A stretch of DNA of 64,000 nucleotides from a virus: positions 64,001-128,000 of the IMG/VR virus record IMGVR_UViG_3300022751_000016; one strand, 5' to 3'. Made by a program: the position numbers and the translations under genes. The notes under the pieces were generated by a model, which did not search any database, had not been told where the DNA came from, and saw only the letters and a program-made list of their open reading frames with translations. This document shows positions 56,348-64,000 of this stretch, one piece after another. Within the stretch, counting starts at the first letter, position 1. Each line of letters begins with the position of its first letter.

Positions 56348-59300
56348 TTAACATTCTTTTACTTTTTGTACTTCTTTTCTAAGATTTGCTTGTATTTTAG
56401 CTTCATTCATTAATTCTTTCAATTCCGCTATTTTTTCAAACTTGTTTTTAATACTATCAATTTTATCTTTACCTACAATATCTAAAACTTTTTTAGGAAT
56501 ACTTTCTGATATTGCTTCTCTAAGAATGTTTATATTCACTTGTTGAGATATATTTGGAAGATTTTCACTACCTACAGATATAACAGCGTTCTCACTGAAA
56601 GCTTGAATAAAAGTATTATCTTCTGGAAAAGTTAAATCTAAATTTGAAGCTATTTGTGCTGCTTCATTTATTTGCCTATTTATCTGAATTGCTTCATCGC
56701 TCAATTCTGCCTCCAAAGATACAACATTATCTTGTAATTCGCTTCTTTTTTGTACAGGACTTTGATATTCTACATTTCCTAAATTAATAAGGAGTTTTCC
56801 TGTACTGAAAGGATTGTTTGTTATATCTACAGCTATTTCTGCGGAAGACAGTAATTGATTTTTATCGAAAGATTTGTCAGCTAATTCATCAGCGGATAAG
56901 TATAATTCCAATTCGCTTAAAGCGTCTGATAAGTTATTCAATTCATCAGAGGTTTGCCAATCTGTATTTGCGAAATTTATATTATATGTTTCTGGACTTA
57001 TACCTGAACCTTGCATGAGTCTAATAACTTGTACAGCTTTTTCATCTGCTGAAATTTCTGTATTCATTATTCTACTTAAATCCTCACTTTTTGATATTTG
57101 TGTGACATTCATTTTAATAGGGAACGCTACATTTTTATCTTGATATCTTATAACAACAAATGGTATTTTAAATTGTGCGTTTCTTTTAGTGATTCCTTTT
57201 ACACTTGTTAAGTTTACATCATTTACAGATTTACTGTAAACTACATCATCTCCTTGCATATATCCTGTAGAAACTATGTTTTCCAAAGCTTTTTCAGTGA
57301 ATGGTATAGTTGTAGGTTGTGCATTTCCATTTTCATCTAGTTGTGCTTGTAAATTAGGACTCCCTAACAACACTGTATTAACTGTTGCTGTTTGTCCCGT
57401 GCCTACAATTCTATCGGGAGAAAATAGCATTCTTTCTACAGTTTCTTTTCTTATAGATTTATTTTTTTCAAATGCTGGCGTAATTGCACTATTTCCTGTA
57501 GTGGCTGATAATTGACCTAAAACTTCATTACTGCCTTGTCCGTAAATATATATGTTTAAACTATTCTCTAACTCTTCTAAGGCTTGGTCTGTTGGATTAG
57601 AATTGTATTTTTGAATTAATTGTGCATTATAAGAATCCTCTTTATCTACTCTTAATTCTAAAACATCTCCTTTTTTCTTAGAATTTACTAATTCAGGAAC
57701 AGCTTGTACTTTATTACCTTTAGTGTCTTCTGTTATGAAATCTGATTTTACAGGAATTAATTCACCATTAGCTAATTCTTCAAAAAGTATATTTTGATTA
57801 CTTACACCTGTACTTAATATGTGTAGAGTGGATGGAATATTATTTAAAGAATTTTCTAAAACTACTAGTCTAGAATTAGTTCCCACTTCTACTTCTATCT
57901 CTTTATCTTCCTGTATAATTACAAACTTACTTCCTTCTTTCTTACTAGGTTTAAATTCTTTAAGTCCCGTTCTTGTTTTAGAGAAGATTTCTGAATTAGG
58001 GAAGAATCTTGCAAAACCTTCAATAGATAAAAAACTGATATTTTGTTTTCTAATTCCATCTCTTTCTGAAACGAATGTCAAAGCATTGTCAGGAGATTTA
58101 ACTACAGAGGAATTAGTTAAAAAAGGTGTATCAGCTGTATTTATTTCTGCTGTTAAGAAATCGTAGTCCGTATTGGAATACTCCACTTTAGTTTCAGCTC
58201 TCAAAACATTATCTTGTAAAGCTTTTCTAATTCTCAATAAATCTGCAATAGAACTGTCATACTCATCTACAGAACCTTCTAATATTGTCCAATCTGTTAA
58301 TTTTTTAGTCAGATTTTGGAATTCTTCTGTATTCTCATTGTTATATAATAGTTCTTGATATCTGTTAATCTCTTCTTGTGTAGGCTCTTCTGCTGTCAAT
58401 ACCTCTTCACCAATATATTGTAGTGTATAGAGATTCTTATTTAGAATATCATTTATCTTTTGGTCTATCTGAGACTTTGGTTTCTCTACTGTTTCTTCTA
58501 TTTCTATGGTGTCTACATTAAGCTCCTCTGCTCTTTCTGAATTTGCATTTAATATTTCTTGCTGTTGTATTGTTAGAGTGTTTCCTTTTTTAATTTCCGA
58601 GTTTAACTTTTCTAAATAACTATTCTCAACAACCTCTCCTTTTTTAAAGCTAACATAAGCTTCATTATCTTCTTTTTGTCCTCTTACAATAATTTCTATC
58701 TCCGCTTTATTTTCAGCATAACTTTCTAAAGTTGATTTAAAATATTCAAATTCATTTTCTTTATAATCACGAGCTTTAAGTATTGAAGACAACCATCCAT
58801 TCAACAAAGTAAATCTTGTTTCTGGATTCATAAGAGTTTGTGTAGTCTCATTAAATCCCTTAACATTTCTTATGGCTCTACTTTGCTCTTGAATTAATTT
58901 TTGTACAATTGCATATTTTTGCGGGTCAACTTGTTTTAAAGCTTGTATAGATTCACTAAGTTTTCCTATATTCTCTTTTTGGTTGTCCAGCATTTCAATT
59001 GTTATGTTAGTACCTGTTAAATTTTTAACATTTATGGCATCAACAATAACTTGTTTTTGATTATAAATTTCTGCTTTTTCTTGTTGTACATCTAAAAGCT
59101 TTTTAGCATTATCATTTAAAAGTCTAGTTTTTTCTGTGTTATCCTCTTTATTAGAGATAGTTTGTAAATCTAAAGTTTTTCTAAGTAGGTCTTGCTCTGT
59201 TTTAGCTAAGTATTTTGACTTTCTATCTAATATATTATACTGTTTCTTTTTATTAGCTTCTGTTTGGTCTAATACAAAATCTGTATCTATAGCTTGCTCT

Positions 59301-61294
59301 GCGGAATTACTAGTTGTAATGTCAGACGCTATAAATCTTTTAATAGTGTTCGTAATATCTTGAGAATCTTTTAAGGCGTGTTTACCCAACACCATATTTG
59401 AAGTGATGGCTCTACCTAATTTAATTCTGTCATCATTGGACATCCCTGCTATTTTAACATCTCCCAATAAAGAATTAGAGAAATTATTGTAAGCTTCATA
59501 GTCTGAGGCTAATTCTTTAAACTCCGAAATTCTAATTTGTTTGTATTGAGCTGCTTCTTCTACACTTACACCTAACTGTTGTGCTAAATCTGCATCAGGT
59601 GTAGCATTCATAGCTGTTTGAAACTGTTCTATTCCATAATCCACTCCACCTAAAGAATCTAAATTCTCTAGTACAGCAATCATGCTCTCTCTATTAGCTT
59701 GTATTTCACCTGTACTGTCGTCTTTTTTATTGGCAGCATCACTTTTTTCAATAGCTCTTGAAATTTTATTATTAGCTATTTGATTATTAATTAACATTCC
59801 TACGTGGAAATTGTTATAATTATTTACATTAGCTTCTATATTCTGTCTTTCTATTGCTGAGTCGTTAAACAATCCTTGTCCTGAAGCTACGCTAGAAAAT
59901 CCACCGCCAAATGCTCCAATTAACATTCCTAGTCCTACTTCTTTCCACCCTTCTTTTGTACCATATGTACTAGATAAAGCTTCATATAAAGCTTCTTGCA
60001 TTCCATAGCTAGTTCTAGTGGCATTTTTATCATAACCACTCAACATAAAGTTTTTAGCTGTTTCTGACGCTACTTTTTGACCTCCTTCTTCATACAGTCC
60101 TTCCGTCACTGCATGTTTACCTATTCCATAAACTCGTGAAAATGCTTTTTGTGCAGTTGTAGCTTGTATAGCTTCTAAAGTTCCTCTTTCTGTACCTTCT
60201 TTAAACCCTACTCCCAATAAATTTTTACTGAACCAAGAATTTGATAATTCAGGTTTAATAGTTTTACCCATAGCAAGTTTACCGAAGGTTGCCATGTTGG
60301 AGCTTCCTACTAAAACCATGTTAGCTGTAAAAACAGCATTTGCAGTGTTTGTCAGATTATTTTTAAAGTCTTGATACTCTGTTCCATCAGGTGTTCGTCC
60401 ATTTTGGTTTTCAAAGTTTTTTAACCACTCATCTTCAGTGTTTTTCATATATTGTCTAGCCTCCATAGCCGACTCATATCCTGCCGAAGTCATAGTAAAT
60501 CTCAAAGCATCTAAAGCCTTAACTGTTTGATTTGCTCTTGTTGCTTGAACTACAGAGCCTAAAGACAATGGTGCATTTACAGCATTTCTCATTGGTTGAG
60601 TAGCTATTCTTTTACCAAATATCCCTGCTGTCTTTAACTCTGCATTTGTTAAGTTTCTCGTTAAAGCTCCTGCGCCTCCTCTGGCTAATAGTGAAGTTCC
60701 TCCTGTAGCATAAGCCCAAATACCTTCAGAAACAATCGCCCCTGCTGTAAAGCTCAATCCTCCTAGAAAATCATTTGCCCAGAAATTAGCTGAACCTATA
60801 CTTCCTCCAAATCCTGCTTCTTTTTCTTGTTCTGTATAATAGTTTGGTAGCTTATAATCTAATTTTGTATTTAAGTCGTCTAACCATTTATCAAAGTCTG
60901 AGTTATATGCTGCTGAGAGAGAACCTTCTTTTACACCAACTATTAAATCATTTACAATACCGTAAGTGCCGCCTAAAACTGCTGTTCCTGTTTTTGCAAA
61001 GAATTTACTAGCTCCGTTTATCCATTTTTCAGAAGTTGATTGTTGTTCTGCTAAACGTTGTTCATTATTAATTCCTGGAATAAAACTTTCATACTTAGAA
61101 ACTTTAGTACCATCATTCATTGTCTGGTAAATAGTTTCTTCTTTGTAAGGTGTAATACTTTCAAATCTAGGTTTAGTGTCTTCCTGAATATTCCATATTG
61201 GACTTAAAGAGGTTTGACTGTCTTGTGTCTCTGGCTTGTAGCTTCCTTTAATTCTTTCGTTTAAATAAACTATCTTATTAAAATTATTGTCCAT
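56348..61294 (-). CDS. Giant putative virion ejection protein with Gly/Ala-rich membrane-inserting region
   Basis: 1648 aa; FLGGLSFTAGAIV, GYESAMEAR, EGLYEEGGQ, KEVGLGMLIGAFGGG. Confidence 0.7.
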   Translation of the reverse strand: MDNNFNKIVYLNERIKGSYKPETQDSQTSLSPIWNIQEDTKPRFESITPYKEETIYQTMNDGTKVSKYESFIPGINNEQRLAEQQSTSEKWINGASKFFAKTGTAVLGGTYGIVNDLIVGVKEGSLSAAYNSDFDKWLDDLNTKLDYKLPNYYTEQEKEAGFGGSIGSANFWANDFLGGLSFTAGAIVSEGIWAYATGGTSLLARGGAGALTRNLTNAELKTAGIFGKRIATQPMRNAVNAPLSLGSVVQATRANQTVKALDALRFTMTSAGYESAMEARQYMKNTEDEWLKNFENQNGRTPDGTEYQDFKNNLTNTANAVFTANMVLVGSSNMATFGKLAMGKTIKPELSNSWFSKNLLGVGFKEGTERGTLEAIQATTAQKAFSRVYGIGKHAVTEGLYEEGGQKVASETAKNFMLSGYDKNATRTSYGMQEALYEALSSTYGTKEGWKEVGLGMLIGAFGGGFSSVASGQGLFNDSAIERQNIEANVNNYNNFHVGMLINNQIANNKISRAIEKSDAANKKDDSTGEIQANRESMIAVLENLDSLGGVDYGIEQFQTAMNATPDADLAQQLGVSVEEAAQYKQIRISEFKELASDYEAYNNFSNSLLGDVKIAGMSNDDRIKLGRAITSNMVLGKHALKDSQDITNTIKRFIASDITTSNSAEQAIDTDFVLDQTEANKKKQYNILDRKSKYLAKTEQDLLRKTLDLQTISNKEDNTEKTRLLNDNAKKLLDVQQEKAEIYNQKQVIVDAINVKNLTGTNITIEMLDNQKENIGKLSESIQALKQVDPQKYAIVQKLIQEQSRAIRNVKGFNETTQTLMNPETRFTLLNGWLSSILKARDYKENEFEYFKSTLESYAENKAEIEIIVRGQKEDNEAYVSFKKGEVVENSYLEKLNSEIKKGNTLTIQQQEILNANSERAEELNVDTIEIEETVEKPKSQIDQKINDILNKNLYTLQYIGEEVLTAEEPTQEEINRYQELLYNNENTEEFQNLTKKLTDWTILEGSVDEYDSSIADLLRIRKALQDNVLRAETKVEYSNTDYDFLTAEINTADTPFLTNSSVVKSPDNALTFVSERDGIRKQNISFLSIEGFARFFPNSEIFSKTRTGLKEFKPSKKEGSKFVIIQEDKEIEVEVGTNSRLVVLENSLNNIPSTLHILSTGVSNQNILFEELANGELIPVKSDFITEDTKGNKVQAVPELVNSKKKGDVLELRVDKEDSYNAQLIQKYNSNPTDQALEELENSLNIYIYGQGSNEVLGQLSATTGNSAITPAFEKNKSIRKETVERMLFSPDRIVGTGQTATVNTVLLGSPNLQAQLDENGNAQPTTIPFTEKALENIVSTGYMQGDDVVYSKSVNDVNLTSVKGITKRNAQFKIPFVVIRYQDKNVAFPIKMNVTQISKSEDLSRIMNTEISADEKAVQVIRLMQGSGISPETYNINFANTDWQTSDELNNLSDALSELELYLSADELADKSFDKNQLLSSAEIAVDITNNPFSTGKLLINLGNVEYQSPVQKRSELQDNVVSLEAELSDEAIQINRQINEAAQIASNLDLTFPEDNTFIQAFSENAVISVGSENLPNISQQVNINILREAISESIPKKVLDIVGKDKIDSIKNKFEKIAELKELMNEAKIQANLRKEVQKVKEC

Positions 61295-63998
61295 TCAAGT
61301 TATTTATCAGATTTTCTTTCAAATTATTTATCATTATACTGTATTGTAAATAAAAAGAACTGTTATTTTTTTCTCTTCCTGTTAAAGGTTGTGAACTTAC
61401 TACTTCTTGTCCTGTTGTTGGGTCTGTGTAATATATATCTACCCAGAAAGGATTATTAGGGTCAGATGTAACTTTTGGCGCAGCTGTAAACTTACTGTTT
61501 AAAATAGTATTTATTGGCTGTTGATTTCTTTGGAAGAAGTCCGCACCTCTGTCTTGTATTATTTGATTTGCAAATTCTATTGTTGTTTTGAATGGAGACT
61601 TTGAAGGGTCAGTTTGTAATTGTGCAATCATTTGTTGACTCATCACGTCTGTTAGGTTTTCTGCTATATTCCTCACCTCTACATTTCTTTTTGCAGCACT
61701 AGTTTCAGGTAAAAATGCTTGAGGTGTTAATTTAATATCAGGATTAAAAGGGCTATTTTTCCAATCTTGTTGTGTTTCATTAAATGTGTCAGAAACTGTT
61801 GTTGGTAATGTGTCTACATATATTGATGAACGTTCTTGTCCTAATTTTGTTTTTTTAGTAAATCCAATTCTATATCCTTCTCCTTCTCGTTGTACTGTAT
61901 AATCATTACTTCCTTCTGGAACTTCTGGTGCGTCTGAAGAATTTAAAACTGCTGCTCTTAAAGCTCTTGCTGTAGGTGCTTGCCCTTTATCCAGAGTAGA
62001 AAATGTATATGCTTTCTTATCACTTAGATTTTTACTATACCCTGCTGATTTTTCTTCTATTAGTTTTTTAATTCTTTCATTTTCTACATCAAATTGAGTT
62101 TTAGCAGCTATTCCTCCTGATAAGTCTCTACCTTGAATTTCTGTAATATTAGAATCTGTGTAAAATAAATCTCTATTAACTTCCCTCACATCTTCAAAAC
62201 TTCTACTTAAGTCTTGAGCCACTAATGCATCCGTAGCTTGTCTTTCTCTTAATCTAGTATCTGCTATTTCTTGATTATTAAATACTCTATTGAATCCATA
62301 TTCTAAAGCGTTTGCAACTGGCGCGATTACTTTTTTCTCTAAAGCTAGTGCACCTGTTAAAATATTTCCTGCATAAATTGAAGCTACTCCAGACCTTTCT
62401 TGTGTTGAAGTACTTCCTTTTATAGTGTTTAGAATTACCTTAGAATCTGTAGTTTTTAAACCTTCTAATTTTGCTTTTAATCCTGTTACAGACCTTTCAT
62501 ATGCAGCTCTTACATCACCTGTTAATTTATTATTATATTGTAAATTACTACTTGCAAATTCTGCCATAACTCCATATTTTTGAGCAGTACTTAAATTGTT
62601 GAAAGAAGTTATATCTTTTCTCCCTAACATTGTAGCAGTTAATGGCATTGTAGTGGATAGATTTCTAGTATTTAAGTCGGAAGTTCCTTTACCTTGTAAC
62701 ATTTGATTAAAGATATCTGTTGTGGTAGATTGAATCCCGTCTGTTGTGGTAGATACTATATTTGCATATTGTTTTTGTGAGGCTTGGAAATCTTCCACTA
62801 AATTTCTATACTCTGCTGTATTTCCTTTTATCTTAGGGTTTTCTGCATCAAGATATAATTTATAATTCCACTTTTCTTTCTCATCTAACAATTTATAATT
62901 AGGGTCATTTTTAGCTAGATACAAATCTAAAGCTGCTGCCGAACGATGTGTAGCTTGTCTAATATTTGTAAAATCAGACTGTTCTTTGTCACCCTCTACT
63001 TGCACTACGTCTGTAGTTATTCCTAATGCTGCCTTTCTAGCTACATCCACTTTTTCTTGACTCTCTGATAAAGACTTTTGTTTTTGAAAGTTAAATTTCT
63101 CTACTTCCAATGCATAATTTCTATCATCTTTGGCTATCTCATAAGCCATTTTATCAACATCAAACTTAGTTATAATATCTCTATCGTATTCTCCCGCAAC
63201 ATCTCTAGTAACTCTATTAGCATAAGTTTGATACGCATCATTAATAGAAAAATTTCCTGTTTTTATCTTTATATCATTATCGGAAATTGCTTTTTTAAGT
63301 GCAGTTATTTGCGGTTCGTATTGAGCAGCTTCTTCTGCTGACATTCCTTTCATTTCAGCTAATCCTTGCGCTAAAAAATTTTTATTTTTAGAGTTTTCAT
63401 CAGAAAGTTGTTCAATCATATAGGCATTAGAATCTGTTCCTATAGTACGCCTAGCGTTTATTTGCATTTGCGCCATAGCTTTAGAATCTAAAGAGTTAAT
63501 CAAATGACTTTGAATATCATCTGTTGAAACTCGTATACCAAATTTCTGTATGTCATATGGATGTGCTAAGTCTCCTGCTCTCTGTGTACCTAAATATTGT
63601 TCCTTACCGTTTTTATCTATGTATGTTTGTGCGTTCTTGTTTAGTAATTCAGGAACATTTACATAATCATGGTATACCAAATTTCCCACTTTATCTGTTT
63701 CTCCACTCATAAAGCTTTGAACTCCTGCCATATTTAAAGCATCTTGATAATTACCTTCGTCAAACCTGTCAGGACTTTTTTCTTTTAGTCTTTCAACATC
63801 TTTTGAAAAAGCTTGTATCTTTTGACTTTGGTTTATTTCATTCAAAACTGTTGGGTCTTGAACTATATTTTTTATTTGACTGTTAATTGCTCTGGCTACT
63901 CCTGATTTAGATAAATCTCTATCTCCTGAGTTATTTACAAGCTGTGTAACAGCATCTAACTTACCTGCCAAGTATTCTTTACCTTTTTGACGTAAGTT
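61284..63998 (-). CDS. Putative virion internal protein, N-terminus beyond the window
   Basis: Frame stays open upstream of the TTG at 63971 to the window edge (NLRQKGKEYLAGK). Confidence 0.7.
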   Translation of the reverse strand, partial: NLRQKGKEYLAGKLDAVTQLVNNSGDRDLSKSGVARAINSQIKNIVQDPTVLNEINQSQKIQAFSKDVERLKEKSPDRFDEGNYQDALNMAGVQSFMSGETDKVGNLVYHDYVNVPELLNKNAQTYIDKNGKEQYLGTQRAGDLAHPYDIQKFGIRVSTDDIQSHLINSLDSKAMAQMQINARRTIGTDSNAYMIEQLSDENSKNKNFLAQGLAEMKGMSAEEAAQYEPQITALKKAISDNDIKIKTGNFSINDAYQTYANRVTRDVAGEYDRDIITKFDVDKMAYEIAKDDRNYALEVEKFNFQKQKSLSESQEKVDVARKAALGITTDVVQVEGDKEQSDFTNIRQATHRSAAALDLYLAKNDPNYKLLDEKEKWNYKLYLDAENPKIKGNTAEYRNLVEDFQASQKQYANIVSTTTDGIQSTTTDIFNQMLQGKGTSDLNTRNLSTTMPLTATMLGRKDITSFNNLSTAQKYGVMAEFASSNLQYNNKLTGDVRAAYERSVTGLKAKLEGLKTTDSKVILNTIKGSTSTQERSGVASIYAGNILTGALALEKKVIAPVANALEYGFNRVFNNQEIADTRLRERQATDALVAQDLSRSFEDVREVNRDLFYTDSNITEIQGRDLSGGIAAKTQFDVENERIKKLIEEKSAGYSKNLSDKKAYTFSTLDKGQAPTARALRAAVLNSSDAPEVPEGSNDYTVQREGEGYRIGFTKKTKLGQERSSIYVDTLPTTVSDTFNETQQDWKNSPFNPDIKLTPQAFLPETSAAKRNVEVRNIAENLTDVMSQQMIAQLQTDPSKSPFKTTIEFANQIIQDRGADFFQRNQQPINTILNSKFTAAPKVTSDPNNPFWVDIYYTDPTTGQEVVSSQPLTGREKNNSSFYLQYSIMINNLKENLINNLNGQ

Positions 63999-64000
63999 TT

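Noticed and set aside
5778-63712. Short ORFs antisense to or nested in long genes (e.g. 5778, 6244, 8587, 13482, 19678, 34963, 44430, 45940, 48508, 54936, 57819, 63078)
   Set aside because: Shadow ORFs overlapping well-supported genes, with Ser/Leu/Phe/Ile-biased composition.
48180-63998. Virion RNA polymerase as in crAss-like phages
   Set aside because: No DxDxD catalytic motif seen in the four large proteins, and host-type promoters are used throughout; one could still lie outside the window.
1-64000. Stop-codon reassignment (alternative genetic code)
   Set aside because: Long ORFs are intact in code 11, and TAG and TGA both end genes at sensible, tightly packed boundaries (e.g. 4776, 1968).

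Overview
A 64-kb segment of an AT-rich (about 30% GC by eye), largely lytic-type dsDNA phage of a Bacteroidota host, probably Flavobacteriia. The evidence is recurrent TTTG-N19/20-TAnnTTTG promoters, no Shine-Dalgarno sequences, and crAss/Cellulophaga-phage-like giant virion proteins. The + strand (1-40.65 kb) carries an integron-like tyrosine recombinase with one cassette-like ORF, and an RNA-repair cluster (Rnl1 ligase, Pol-beta NTase, metallophosphoesterase, PNK kinase). It also carries DnaQ and PD-(D/E)XK nucleases, MazG, a DPPY methylase, a DnaB helicase, a family A DNA polymerase, a VirE_N/BT4734 primase, GIY-YIG and LAGLIDADG homing endonucleases, and many small accessory ORFs. A bidirectional terminator at about 40.67 kb separates this from the - strand, which carries an extended NAD+ reconstitution locus (NAMPT/Namat-like, PRS/Adps-like, NDT-like, HAD, SLOG, plus an HNH-AP2 endonuclease) and four giant putative ejection proteins. 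The most notable unexplained signals are four. (i) A promoter-linked kissing-loop RNA leader occurs three times with fully covarying loops (10.93, 30.82, 39.59 kb), twice directly ahead of homing-endonuclease genes. (ii) A highly base-paired ORF-free region of about 700 nt (11.04-11.65 kb) follows the first copy. (iii) An attC-like cassette abuts an integrase that lacks the IntI-specific insertion. (iv) A dispersed T-run/CGCG/A-run motif recurs across the window. No tRNA, rRNA or CRISPR array was seen. All family calls are from motif recognition, not database searches.
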